In this document: piece after piece, positions 11,869 through 21,602 of the stretch
Layout of the letters: each line of letters starts with the position of its first letter
How positions within the stretch are numbered: the stretch's first letter is position 1
Assembly: GCA_038154165.1 (NCBI GenBank)
Contig: JAYOZO010000001.1
Coordinates: 22,297 to 56,757 of the forward strand
Length of the DNA stretch: 34,461 nt
From: Thiothrix sp.
GTDB taxonomy: Bacteria > Pseudomonadota > Gammaproteobacteria > Poriferisulfidales > GCA-002705445
Direction: 5' to 3'
Made by a program: the position numbers and the translations under genes
Notes under the pieces: model-generated
What the model was told of the DNA's origin: nothing
Seen by the model: only the letters and a program-made list of their open reading frames with translations
Databases searched by the model: none

Positions 11869-12981
11869 TTATAGCCTCAACGGCATTACAACATAACTTG
11901 ATGAATTATCATTTTCTGGAGTTATCAATGCGCTGCTATTTGCGTCTTTTAAATGTATTTGAACGTTTTTTGTTCTTATAACGTTTAGAACATCAATTAA
12001 ATAGTTAACATTAAAGCCAATTTCAATAGAATCACCTTCATAGATTGATTTAATATCGTCTGAGGCCTCTTCTTTTTCAGGGTTATTTGCGCTTACTTTA
12101 ATTTCATTGTTTTCAAAATTAAGTCTTACGCCTCTAAATCTATCATTAGAAAGTATAGATACCCTAGTCAAAGCTTCTTTAAATAATTTTCCATCCACAA
12201 TTACTTTTTTATCGAGATCTACTGGTATTACTTTTTCAAAATCTGGAAATTTTCCGTCGATAAGTTTAGATATAGCCATTGTCTTTTTGTTACTAACCTT
12301 AATGTGGTTCTTAGAAACAATTATGTTGACCTCGTTCTCATCGTCCTCAAGCTGTTTATCAATCTCAATAACGCCTTTCCTTGGAATTATTGCGCTTACT
12401 TCTTTGGTCTCTTTTCCTTCGGAACTAACGCCAGCTTTTGCAAGTCTGTGGCCATCTGTTGCCACCCCAGAAATCTGATTATTTGTTGTAAACAAATATA
12501 GACCATTTAAGTAATACCTTACATCTTGTTGCGCCATTGCAAAAGATGTTTTTCCAACTATCTCTTTAAATTCTTTGGCTTTTATAAAAAAAGAAATACT
12601 TTCTTCGTCTGACGCTTCCATTATTGGGAAAGTGTTTGCATCTAAGGCTGACAAAATAAATTTACTTTTTTTTGATTTTATCTGTATTTTTGATTCATCT
12701 AATTTATCAATTTCAATTAACGATTCATCTGATAGCCCTTTTCCTATATCAAACAACTTTCTCCCTGGAATTGTTATGTTGTCTGTAAAGTTCTGAACGT
12801 CGTTTAACTCAATAACCGATGATAATTGAACCTCAAGATCAGATGCTACGACCTCATATCCTTTATCAGATTTCTTAAAAAGAATATGACCCAATATTGG
12901 CATAGATTGTCTTTTTTCAACAACACCTATGATCTTTTGCAAGGCTTTTAATAAGTTTTCTTTAGTTACTATAATTTTCAT
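11869..12981 (-). CDS. dnaN: DNA polymerase III beta sliding clamp
   Basis: 370 aa with the typical N-terminus (MKIIVTKENLLKALQKI...PILGHILF) and C-terminal VVMPLRL. It lies immediately downstream of dnaA. Confidence 0.95.
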   Translation of the reverse strand: MKIIVTKENLLKALQKIIGVVEKRQSMPILGHILFKKSDKGYEVVASDLEVQLSSVIELNDVQNFTDNITIPGRKLFDIGKGLSDESLIEIDKLDESKIQIKSKKSKFILSALDANTFPIMEASDEESISFFIKAKEFKEIVGKTSFAMAQQDVRYYLNGLYLFTTNNQISGVATDGHRLAKAGVSSEGKETKEVSAIIPRKGVIEIDKQLEDDENEVNIIVSKNHIKVSNKKTMAISKLIDGKFPDFEKVIPVDLDKKVIVDGKLFKEALTRVSILSNDRFRGVRLNFENNEIKVSANNPEKEEASDDIKSIYEGDSIEIGFNVNYLIDVLNVIRTKNVQIHLKDANSSALITPENDNSSSYVVMPLRL

Positions 12982-13166
12982 ATATATATATTAATTATTA
13001 TTATTAATATTAATTTTTGTTAAATTTTCCTAATTTAACAATAAAAACAATTGTTTAGACAATTATTATCTTGTTTATAACTTTTTTTTTGATGTTAGTT
13101 TAATTTTTATTAAGTAAATATACAGTTTTATTATAAAAGTATATACAGTTTTTAAACAACCCCACC

Positions 13167-14480
13167 CTAAGTGCTTAACGCTCTCCTCAAGTTAATTAAA
13201 TCTTCTTTTATTTTATTATCTGTTTTCGAAACATCTACAATCTTTTTGCAAGCGTGCAACACGGTTGTGTGGTCTCTTCCGCCAAATGCATCCCCAATTT
13301 CTGGCAAGCTGTGGTTGGTAAGTTCCTTTGCTAACGACATTGCAAGCTGGCGCGGTCTTGCTAGAGACCTATTTCTTTTAGCTGAAAGTAAATCAGACAT
13401 TCTAATTTTATAATATTCTGCAACTGTCTTTTGAATGTTTTCAATTGTTACCATCTTGTTTTGAAGAGATATAAGATCATGCAAAGCTTCTTTAGCAAAC
13501 TCTAAAGAAATTTCCTTTCCTGTAAATTGTGAGTTAGCTATAACTCTTCTAAGAGCGCCTTCAAGCTCTCTTACGTTTGATTGTATGCATTTTGCAATAA
13601 AAAAGGCTACTTCTGTATCAAGATTAGCCCCGATTAAAGATGCCTTTTTCTTCAATATTGCAACCCTTGTTTCAAGTTCAGGCGGCTCAATATATTGAGT
13701 AAGCCCCCAACCAAATCTTGATTTTAGTCTCTCGTCGAGACCATTAACTTCTTTTGGATATCTATCACAAGTTAAAACAACTTGGCACCCCCCTTCAAGA
13801 AGAGCGTTAAAAGTATGAAAGAACTCCTCCTGAGATCTTTCTTTACCGGCAAAAAACTGAATGTCATCGATTAGAAGAGCATCCGCAGATCTGTAATATG
13901 CTTTAAAGGCATCTATCTTATTGTGTTGAAGGGCCCTAACCATGTCGGCTACAAATTTTTCAGAATGTAGATAAAGTATTTTTGCGCTTCTGTTTTGTTT
14001 TAAAATGTTGTTTCCTATAGCGTTCATAAGATGTGTTTTTCCTAGGCCAACACCGCCGTATATAAAAAAAGGATTATATGTTTTTCCAGGATTGCTAGAC
14101 ACTTGAATGGCAGTAGCTCTTGCCAACTCATTAGATTTTCCAGTAACAAAATTTTCAAACGTATAGTCTGATGAAAAACTTGCATTTATATTAAAAGAAT
14201 TTCTTTTATCTTCTTCAATATTTGTATTATTTTCGTTTAATTTCTGAGAAATTCCTCCAACTTCAAAATTAAAGCTGTAATCAGAGTTTTCTAGTCTTTT
14301 TATAAAATATTCTGTAAGATTTTCATTAGCCCAATCTAAGGCGTATTGATTGGGCGCAGTAATTTTTATGTTTTTGTCTTTAGTAATTGCTTGAAGTGGT
14401 CTTACCCAAGTATTAAACTGCTGTTCGTCAAAATTACCTTGAAGTTCGTCAAGGCATTGTTTCCAAAAGCCTGGTTGCAT
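13167..14480 (-). CDS. dnaA: chromosomal replication initiator DnaA
   Basis: AAA+ Walker [11 protein letters not shown], Walker B LLIDDIQF, and the domain IV DNA-binding signature [20 protein letters not shown]. Confidence 0.97.
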   Translation of the reverse strand: MQPGFWKQCLDELQGNFDEQQFNTWVRPLQAITKDKNIKITAPNQYALDWANENLTEYFIKRLENSDYSFNFEVGGISQKLNENNTNIEEDKRNSFNINASFSSDYTFENFVTGKSNELARATAIQVSSNPGKTYNPFFIYGGVGLGKTHLMNAIGNNILKQNRSAKILYLHSEKFVADMVRALQHNKIDAFKAYYRSADALLIDDIQFFAGKERSQEEFFHTFNALLEGGCQVVLTCDRYPKEVNGLDERLKSRFGWGLTQYIEPPELETRVAILKKKASLIGANLDTEVAFFIAKCIQSNVRELEGALRRVIANSQFTGKEISLEFAKEALHDLISLQNKMVTIENIQKTVAEYYKIRMSDLLSAKRNRSLARPRQLAMSLAKELTNHSLPEIGDAFGGRDHTTVLHACKKIVDVSKTDNKIKEDLINLRRALST

Positions 14481-14530
14481 TTTATAATATCCCCTAAAGT
14501 AACGAATTATTGTTTTTAATTATATTATAC

Positions 14531-14580
14531 TTATCCACAGCAGAAATAAATCAACAAATCTGTGTAAAAATTGTGGATAA
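14531..14580. promoter_or_regulatory. DnaA-box cluster in the dnaA-rpmH spacer (dnaA autoregulation and/or oriC)
   Basis: Perfect TTATCCACA at 14531-14539. Perfect inverted TGTGGATAA at 14572-14580. One-mismatch box TGTGTAAAA (= TTTTACACA) at 14561-14569. Confidence 0.8.
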
Positions 14581-14610
14581 GTAATGTAAAAATATATGAT
14601 AAAGTAAGTA

Positions 14611-14639
14611 TTGACAAATATCGGGTATCGACGTAATGT
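14611..14639 (+). promoter_or_regulatory. candidate sigma70-type promoter for rpmH-rnpA
   Basis: TTGACA (14611-16), a 17-nt spacer, then TAATGT (14634-39), about 28 nt upstream of the rpmH ATG. AAGGA Shine-Dalgarno at 14655-59. Such matches are frequent in AT-rich DNA. Confidence 0.4.
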
Positions 14640-14666
14640 CGCGTGCAGAATATAAAGGAATTAAAC

Positions 14667-14801
14667 ATGAAAAGAACATATCAGCCAAGTAAAATTAAAA
14701 GAAAAAGAACTCATGGGTTTAGGTCTAGAATGAGTACCAGTGGCGGAAGAGCGGTGATCAGTGCAAGAAGAGCAAAAGGAAGAAAGCGCCTTTCTGCTTA
14801 A
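14667..14801 (+). CDS. rpmH: 50S ribosomal protein L34
   Basis: My own translation gives [44 protein letters not shown] (44 aa), which is canonical L34. It is below the ORF-track length cutoff. Confidence 0.95.
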   Translation: MKRTYQPSKIKRKRTHGFRSRMSTSGGRAVISARRAKGRKRLSA

Positions 14802-14835
14802 AAATAAAACAAAGAATGTTTTTATAACAAAAGTC

Positions 14836-15147
14836 ATGAGATTAAATAATTCTAAAGACTTTAAAAATTGTTTTAAAAATGGCGAAAAAATAAAAAATGA
14901 AGTTTTTGTGTTAATTTTTTTTGATAACGGCACCCAATATTCTAGATTAGGAACAAGCATTGCAAAAAATAAAATTAAAAAAGCTGTAGATAGAAATAAA
15001 ATTAAAAGAGTTGCTAGGGAAATTTTTAGAAAAAGCGGAATTATAGGCTTAGACATCGTTTTGTTGCTTAAAAATGAAAAAAATTACAATCAAATAAATT
15101 GCTATAATCTTATAAATGATATTTTTAATAAATTGGTAAAAAAATGA
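14836..15147 (+). CDS. rnpA: ribonuclease P protein component
   Basis: RNR motif AVDRNKIKRVAREIFR. The ATG at 14836 gives 103 aa beginning MRLNNSKDFKNCF, which aligns with the RnpA N-terminus. The ORF-track start at 14761 overlaps rpmH and is unlikely. Confidence 0.85.
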   Translation: MRLNNSKDFKNCFKNGEKIKNEVFVLIFFDNGTQYSRLGTSIAKNKIKKAVDRNKIKRVAREIFRKSGIIGLDIVLLLKNEKNYNQINCYNLINDIFNKLVKK

Positions 15148-15362
15148 GTCGTTTATTAATAAAAATAATTAAATTTTATCAGTATGCTCTTAGTTTTTTA
15201 TTGGGAAATAATTGTAGATTTACTCCTTCGTGTTCAGCTTATTTTATACAAGCAATATCAAAACATGGCTGTATACGTGGTTTTTATCTCGGTTCTAAAA
15301 GAATATTTAGATGTCACCCTTGGTGTGCTGGCGGTATAGATGAGGTTCCAAAAACAAAATGA
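15144..15362 (+). CDS. yidD: membrane protein insertion efficiency factor YidD
   Basis: YQ...CRFTPSCSAY...G...G...RCHPW..GG.D.VP signature. 72 aa. ATGA overlaps with both rnpA and yidC. Confidence 0.9.
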   Translation: MSRLLIKIIKFYQYALSFLLGNNCRFTPSCSAYFIQAISKHGCIRGFYLGSKRIFRCHPWCAGGIDEVPKTK

Positions 15363-17008
15363 ATAACCGATTTCTATTATATGTGGCTTTTTCTTTGGTA
15401 CTTTTTATGATTTGGCAGCAGTGGAACATCGAGCAGAATCCACAACTTCAACCAAAAGACCAAATAGAAAAACAACAACAATCTTCTCAGGCCGAAGGCG
15501 ATATTCCCGAGGAGGCTTTATTGGAGAAATCAAAAACTAATAATTTTGATCAAAAAGAACTCGTTTTAAATAATGAAAATAATGGAGAGAATCTCACTAT
15601 AAATAACCCTGATATTGAGGTTACAATAAGCACTTTGGGCGGAACTATTAAAAAAACAAAGCTCTTAAATTATTATAAGACGTCTGAAAAAAATAGCGAA
15701 AATATAAACTTATTTAATTATGAAGGCGAATATTACGTGGCCCAATCAGGCCTGCTTCATGACAAAAGTTCAAACAAAAACGAAAAGACCGGGTTGGCTC
15801 CTAATCATCATGATCTTTATGAGATTTTAAGCAAAACCAGTGACAGCGTTACGTTAAAGTGGTTGGCCAAAGATAAAGACATAAGCGTAATTAAAAAAAT
15901 TAAGCTCAATAACTTTGGTTTTAATGTTGAGGTGACAAGTCAAGTTATAAATAACTCTAGCAAGGCTTGGGCGGGAAGACAGTACAGACAAATCAGAAGA
16001 GAAAGTAGCGGCGAAGGAAAATCTTGGGTAACGCCAACATTTACGGGTGGTGCGTACTATGATGGAGCATACAACAAGGTTTCTTATGACGAAATTTCTA
16101 ATAAAAAGCCAAAACTTAATGTCCAGGGTGGCTGGGTTGCCATGATGGAGCATTATTTTGTTTCTTCTTGGTATTTTTCTGAAAAAGAAAATAATTTATT
16201 TTATACAAAAGAAGTTAATGCTGGGGGCGACAGAAGAGACTATATTATAGGCGCTAGATCTGAAGCTTTAATCGTTCAGCCAAATGAAAATGCTATATTT
16301 GAATCTTCGCTATATGTTGGCCCAAAACTACAAAAGGAGTTAGAACAAATTTCAGAAGGCTTAGAATTAACAATTGATTACGGGGTTTTAACTTTTATTG
16401 CAAAACCATTGTTTTGGCTTTTGGATAAAATTCATTTAATTGTAGGAAATTGGGGATGGGCAATCATTTTGCTAACGATTTTAATTAAACTGGCGTTTTA
16501 TAAATTGTCGGAAACAAGTTATAGGTCAATGGCAAAAATGAAGCAATTTTCGCCAAAGATTCAGTCTATTCGTGAAAGGTATGGGAGCGATAGACAAAAA
16601 ATGAATCAAGCAATGATGGATATGTATAAACAAGAGAAAATTAACCCATTGGGCGGGTGTTGGCCAATTTTAATTCAAATACCAGTATTTATAGCCCTCT
16701 ATTGGGTATTATTAGAAAGTGTCGAGTTAAGACAAGCAGAGTTTATTTTTTGGCTTAATGACCTTTCAGCCAAAGACCCCTACTATGTTCTTCCTCTTAT
16801 AATGGGCGCTTCAATGTACTTTCAACAAAAACTTAATCCGGCGCCACCTGACCCCATGCAAGCAAAAATTATGCAAATATTGCCCATAGTTTTTACCGCT
16901 TTTTTTGCATTTTTTCCTTCTGGTCTAGTTTTATATTGGGTTGTTAATAATTTGCTATCTATTGCTCAGCAATGGAGAATAACAAAGATTATAACCAGCT
17001 CTAAATAA
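15359..17008 (+). CDS. yidC: membrane protein insertase YidC
   Basis: 549 aa with an N-terminal TM segment, a large periplasmic domain and a conserved C-terminal core (GNWGWAIILLTILIK, PLGGCWPILIQIPVFIALY, LVLYWVVNNLLSIAQQ). Confidence 0.95.
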   Translation: MNNRFLLYVAFSLVLFMIWQQWNIEQNPQLQPKDQIEKQQQSSQAEGDIPEEALLEKSKTNNFDQKELVLNNENNGENLTINNPDIEVTISTLGGTIKKTKLLNYYKTSEKNSENINLFNYEGEYYVAQSGLLHDKSSNKNEKTGLAPNHHDLYEILSKTSDSVTLKWLAKDKDISVIKKIKLNNFGFNVEVTSQVINNSSKAWAGRQYRQIRRESSGEGKSWVTPTFTGGAYYDGAYNKVSYDEISNKKPKLNVQGGWVAMMEHYFVSSWYFSEKENNLFYTKEVNAGGDRRDYIIGARSEALIVQPNENAIFESSLYVGPKLQKELEQISEGLELTIDYGVLTFIAKPLFWLLDKIHLIVGNWGWAIILLTILIKLAFYKLSETSYRSMAKMKQFSPKIQSIRERYGSDRQKMNQAMMDMYKQEKINPLGGCWPILIQIPVFIALYWVLLESVELRQAEFIFWLNDLSAKDPYYVLPLIMGASMYFQQKLNPAPPDPMQAKIMQILPIVFTAFFAFFPSGLVLYWVVNNLLSIAQQWRITKIITSSK

Positions 17009-17014
17009 ACCATA

Positions 17015-18361
17015 GTGAAAGACGCAAATAGTATTGTTAGTTTGGCAACGCCTATTGGCATAGGAGCTCTTTCAATTATTAGATGTTCCGGGGAGAGCGT
17101 AAAAAATGTTATAGAGACTTTTTTTCAGAAAAGCCTAAAGCCAAGATATGCTTATTATATAAATTTCAAAAAAAATAATGAAACACTCGATGACGTTGTG
17201 GCAATTTATTACAAGTCACCAGAATCTTATACAGGAGAAGATATGCTCGAAATCACCTGCCACGGAGGACCTGTAATTTATCAAATGCTCATAAAAGAAA
17301 TTTTGACATTGCCTAATTTTAGGTTGGCTAAACCAGGCGAATTTAGTGAGAGAGCATATTTAAATAATAAAATTAGTTTGCTAGAGGCTGAGTCAATATG
17401 TGCATTAATAAATGCAAAAACAAAAGAGGCTGCCCTTGCGGCAAGAAGTTCTTTATCAGGCAAGATGTCACAAGAGATCTTTGGGATAGATGAAAAGCTG
17501 TTAAATGCAAGAATACAAGTTGAGGCTTTGCTAGATTTTTCAGAGGAAGATATAGAAACAGAAGGTCTATTTGAAATTGAAAATCAATTAATTGATATTA
17601 AGAATAAAATAAAAAACTTAATTAAAAAAATAGAAAAAAATCAATTATTTTTTGAAGTTAGTAAAATAATAATAATGGGAAAACCAAATACCGGCAAATC
17701 ATCATTAATAAATTTTCTCACGCAGGAAAGTGTATCCATAGTAAATAAAGAGGCCGGAACAACAAGAGACGTGGTATCTAAAATATTTAATATTAAAGGA
17801 ATACCTGTAATTATTCAGGATACAGCTGGTATAAGAAAAACCGATAATCAGATTGAGCAAGAAGGCACGAACAAGGCTTTTGATAAGGCTGCTGAATCAA
17901 ATATAATTATTTATTTATATGATGTTACAAAAGGCTTACAAAAAGATGATTTTTTGAATATTGAAAAATTAAAAAAAATAAATACCAGTCTTTTAATTGT
18001 TGGAAATAAGATTGATTTAATTACCGAAAAACTAGATTCTTTTTTAAAAGACAAAAAAGAAAAAAGTATATATATATCCATAAAAAAAAATACTAATATT
18101 GAAAAAATGATAGAAAAAATTATTAATATGCTCAAGGAAAATATTAATGATAGTTCGCCAGGAGTAATGCAGATAAAGCATCTAGCTTTTTTAAAGAGGG
18201 CCTATAACGACATCAATAATATCGAAGTAGATTTGAGTAATTTAGAAATCGTTGCAGAGTCTTTAAAAGCCTCGCAACAAAACTTATCAGAAATAATTGA
18301 AAATGAAGATAATGATAGAGTTTTAAGTGGAATATTTTCAAATTTTTGTATAGGAAAGTAA
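17015..18361 (+). CDS. mnmE: tRNA modification GTPase MnmE (TrmE)
   Basis: G1 GKPNTGKSSLIN, G3 DTAGIR, G4 NKID and the C-terminal FCIGK motif. GTG start. Confidence 0.95.
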   Translation: MKDANSIVSLATPIGIGALSIIRCSGESVKNVIETFFQKSLKPRYAYYINFKKNNETLDDVVAIYYKSPESYTGEDMLEITCHGGPVIYQMLIKEILTLPNFRLAKPGEFSERAYLNNKISLLEAESICALINAKTKEAALAARSSLSGKMSQEIFGIDEKLLNARIQVEALLDFSEEDIETEGLFEIENQLIDIKNKIKNLIKKIEKNQLFFEVSKIIIMGKPNTGKSSLINFLTQESVSIVNKEAGTTRDVVSKIFNIKGIPVIIQDTAGIRKTDNQIEQEGTNKAFDKAAESNIIIYLYDVTKGLQKDDFLNIEKLKKINTSLLIVGNKIDLITEKLDSFLKDKKEKSIYISIKKNTNIEKMIEKIINMLKENINDSSPGVMQIKHLAFLKRAYNDINNIEVDLSNLEIVAESLKASQQNLSEIIENEDNDRVLSGIFSNFCIGK

Positions 18362-18373
18362 TATAATTTAAAT

Positions 18374-20200
18374 ATGAATAATTATGATGTAATAGTAATT
18401 GGCGGAGGGCATGCTGGAACAGAAGCAAGCTTGGCTAGCGCAAGATGTGGAAGCAAAACCCTGCTTTTAACCCAGTCATTTAATACTGTAGGCCAAATGA
18501 GTTGTAATCCTTCAATTGGAGGAATTGGCAAGGGTCATTTGACAAAAGAGGTAGATGCACTTGGTGGCGTAATGGCTAGGGCGGCTGATACAGCTGGTAT
18601 TCATTTTAGAACTCTAAATAAGAAGAAAGGTCCAGCCGTATGGGCAACTAGATCTCAGGCTGATAGAGATCTTTATAAATTCTTTATTCAGAAACAAATT
18701 AAAGAACAAAAAAATCTAGATGTGCTTGAAAATGAGGTAGTTGATATTATTACCGAGAAATATTCTGTATCAGGCGTAGAGCTTAATGATGGAACTATAA
18801 TAAAAACCAAAAATATTGTATTAACAGCAGGCACGTTTTTATCTGGAATCATACATATAGGCGATCAAAAATTTTCTGCAGGCAGAATTGGAGAGAAGGC
18901 TTCAAATAAACTTGCAGACAGAATGCGTGATCTTGATTTAAAAATGGGTAGATTAAAGACAGGCACGCCTCCTAGACTAAATGTGGATTCAATTAATTTT
19001 AGTAATCTTGAAGAGCAACCAGGAGATGAGCCTAGGCCCATTTTTTCTTTTGTTGGTAGTAATTTAGATCATCCAAAACAAATTAAATGTTATATAGCGC
19101 GGACTAATAGGATGACTCACGATATTATTAAAGGATCTCTTAATCGTTCGCCACTTTTTAATGGTGTAATTACTGGCAAAGGACCAAGATATTGCCCTTC
19201 AATAGAAGATAAGGTTACAAGGTTCGCAGACAAAGAATCCCATCAAATATTTTTAGAGCCAGAGGGATTAAATTCGAAATTAATTTATCCAAACGGAATT
19301 TCAACAAGCTTACCTAAAGAGGACCAAGAAAATTTTATAAGAACAATAGAGGGACTAGAAAATGTAGTAATAGAGAATTATGGTTATGCCATTGAATATG
19401 ATTTTTTTGATCCAAGAGGGCTAAATTCAAATTTAGAGAATAAAAAAATTTCTGGTTTTTTCATGGCCGGACAAATAAATGGGACGACAGGATATGAAGA
19501 AGCAGCCTCTCAAGGAATTGTTGCTGGAATAAATGCCTCTTTGCGTTCCCAAGCAAAAGAAATGTGGTCCCCAAGCAGGGAAAATTCCTATGTCGGGGTT
19601 ATGATTGATGATTTAATAACTCAAGGCGCTACAGAACCTTATCGCATGTTTACAAGCAGGGCTGAACACAGGCTTTATTTAAGAGAAGATAACGCTGACA
19701 AAAGATTAACCCCAATAGGTTGGAAATTAGGTTCAGTAGAAGAAAAAAGATATAATATTTATAACAAAAAACAAGACCAAATAGATAGAGAGATTGAACG
19801 ACTTGCTGATTTTAAAATAATGGAAAATAATAGAAAAATTACAGCAAAAGAGTTCCTTAAAAGACCAAAAACATCTTATAAAGATCTATGTAATTATTCT
19901 TCAGATTATTGTTTAGCTGAAAGCGATATAGGAGAGAATTGTTCAATAAGAATTAAATATGAGGGTTATATAAAAAAACAAAAATTAGAAATTATAAAAA
20001 ATAAAAAAGACGAAGAAATGGTCTTGCCAAATAAGATGAATTATTCTGAAATAACAGCTTTGTCAATTGAGGCAAGAGAAAATCTTGCAATGGTAAAACC
20101 GCAAAACTTGAGACAAGCAGCAAGAGTTCCAGGAGTTACTCCAGCTGCCATATCAATTTTAAAAGTACAAATAAAAGCTTTTCAAAATAATGCAAAATAA
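18374..20200 (+). CDS. mnmG: tRNA uridine 5-carboxymethylaminomethyl modification enzyme MnmG (GidA)
   Basis: FAD-binding N-terminus YDVIVIGGGHAGTEA, MSCNPSIGGIGKGHL and GPRYCPSIEDK motifs. 608 aa. Confidence 0.97.
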   Translation: MNNYDVIVIGGGHAGTEASLASARCGSKTLLLTQSFNTVGQMSCNPSIGGIGKGHLTKEVDALGGVMARAADTAGIHFRTLNKKKGPAVWATRSQADRDLYKFFIQKQIKEQKNLDVLENEVVDIITEKYSVSGVELNDGTIIKTKNIVLTAGTFLSGIIHIGDQKFSAGRIGEKASNKLADRMRDLDLKMGRLKTGTPPRLNVDSINFSNLEEQPGDEPRPIFSFVGSNLDHPKQIKCYIARTNRMTHDIIKGSLNRSPLFNGVITGKGPRYCPSIEDKVTRFADKESHQIFLEPEGLNSKLIYPNGISTSLPKEDQENFIRTIEGLENVVIENYGYAIEYDFFDPRGLNSNLENKKISGFFMAGQINGTTGYEEAASQGIVAGINASLRSQAKEMWSPSRENSYVGVMIDDLITQGATEPYRMFTSRAEHRLYLREDNADKRLTPIGWKLGSVEEKRYNIYNKKQDQIDREIERLADFKIMENNRKITAKEFLKRPKTSYKDLCNYSSDYCLAESDIGENCSIRIKYEGYIKKQKLEIIKNKKDEEMVLPNKMNYSEITALSIEARENLAMVKPQNLRQAARVPGVTPAAISILKVQIKAFQNNAK

Positions 20201-20828
20201 CATCGAGAAAGAATTTATTCATAAATCAATATCAAAATTCACGAGTGATACAGTAGGCGCCGCAGATAAATTAATTAATTTTTGTGAGTACATAAAAAAA
20301 GCAAATAAGCTTTACAATCTTACATCTATAACAAAAATGAAAGATATGTTTATAAAGCACATTCTTGATAGTTTATCTATAAAACACTTGTTAGAAGGAA
20401 ATAAAATTTTAGACATGGGTTCAGGCGCCGGTTTTCCGGGTATACCGCTTGCAATTCTCTCCCCAGAATCACATTTCTTCTTATTGGATTCTAATAACAA
20501 AAAAATTATTTTTTTGAATTATGTTAAAATAAATTTGAATATAAAAAATGTTGATTTAATTCATGAGAGAATAGAGAATTTTGATAATAAAGACTTATTT
20601 GATTCAATTGTGTGTAGATCATTCTCCACGCTATCTAAAATTTTTGAAAATTCTAAAAATCATTTGAAGAAAGAAGGTATTATTATAGCTATGAAAGGCA
20701 AATATCCTGACAAGGAGCTCTCAGAGTTAAATAAAAATATTATTTATAAAGTTGAGAAACTTATAGTGCCAGGTCTTTTAGCCGAAAGACACGCGGTGAT
20801 AATGTCAAAAAATAGGAATAAAGATTGA
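20190..20828 (+). CDS. rsmG: 16S rRNA (guanine527-N7)-methyltransferase RsmG (GidB)
   Basis: YNLTSI...HILDS followed by the SAM motif DMGSGAGFPGIPLAI. It lies downstream of mnmG. Confidence 0.9.
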   Translation: MQNNIEKEFIHKSISKFTSDTVGAADKLINFCEYIKKANKLYNLTSITKMKDMFIKHILDSLSIKHLLEGNKILDMGSGAGFPGIPLAILSPESHFFLLDSNNKKIIFLNYVKINLNIKNVDLIHERIENFDNKDLFDSIVCRSFSTLSKIFENSKNHLKKEGIIIAMKGKYPDKELSELNKNIIYKVEKLIVPGLLAERHAVIMSKNRNKD

Positions 20829-21595
20829 CTACGATTTTTTCTATATGTAATCAGAAAGGTGGAGTTGGTAAAACAACTACGAGCGTTAATTTGTCTGCAG
20901 CGTTATCTTTAAATAATAAAAAAGTATTATTAATAGACTTGGACCCTCAAGGTAACGCAACTACGGGATCCGGCGTTAATAAATATGAACTGGAGTATTC
21001 TTCAGCAGACTTGCTTTTAGATTATAATTTAAATATAAAAAATATCTTGCGAAAAGTAGAAGAAGGTTACGATTTAATACCGTCAAACCAATCTCTTACA
21101 CTAGCTGAAGTAAAACTATTAGAACATAATGACAGGGAGTTAATTTTAAAAACGGTAATTTTAGAGATTAGAGAAAATTATGACTTTATAATAATTGATT
21201 GTCCACCATCACTAAATATATTAACAGTAAACTCTTTGGCTACTTCAGATGCTGTGATAATTCCAACACAATGTGAGTATTTTGCGCTTGAGGGTCTTAC
21301 AGCTCTTCTAGAAACAATTGATAAAATTAAGATGTCTGTGAATGAAAATTTAAGGGTTGGTGGTATTTTAAGAACCATGTATGATCCAAGAAATAATTTG
21401 GCACAAGATGTGTCTTTGGAATTAAAAAATCATTTTGGAAAAGATGTATTAAAAACAATAATTCCTAGAAATGTTAGTTTGGCAGAGGCTCCAAGTCACG
21501 GAAAGTCTATAATTAGTTATGATAGAGGTTCGAAAGGCTCTGTGTCATACTTAGCTCTTGCAGGTGAGCTAATAAAGATTTCAAAAGCAAGGTAA
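20825..21595 (+). CDS. parA: chromosome partitioning ATPase ParA (Soj)
   Basis: Deviant Walker A NQKGGVGKTTTSVNLS, LLIDLDPQGNAT and IIIDCPPSL. TTG start overlaps the rsmG stop. It is followed by parB. Confidence 0.93.
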   Translation: MTTIFSICNQKGGVGKTTTSVNLSAALSLNNKKVLLIDLDPQGNATTGSGVNKYELEYSSADLLLDYNLNIKNILRKVEEGYDLIPSNQSLTLAEVKLLEHNDRELILKTVILEIRENYDFIIIDCPPSLNILTVNSLATSDAVIIPTQCEYFALEGLTALLETIDKIKMSVNENLRVGGILRTMYDPRNNLAQDVSLELKNHFGKDVLKTIIPRNVSLAEAPSHGKSIISYDRGSKGSVSYLALAGELIKISKAR

Positions 21596-21602
21596 CAATA
21601 AA

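Noticed and set aside
14761-14835. Upstream extension of rnpA overlapping rpmH, and similarly 28922-28972 for atpC overlapping atpD
   Set aside because: The internal ATGs at 14836 and 28973 give proteins that align from residue 1 with RnpA and epsilon. The extensions are Lys-rich read-through of the preceding gene's 3' end.
14661-15056. 131-aa minus-strand ORF across rpmH and rnpA
   Set aside because: It lies entirely antisense to two well-supported genes (canonical L34 and the RnpA RNR motif). Its low-complexity hydrophobic translation is typical of a shadow ORF in AT-rich DNA.
18350-18374. SGI1-type island insertion at the 3' end of mnmE (trmE)
   Set aside because: The mnmE stop and mnmG start are 12 nt apart, so nothing is inserted.
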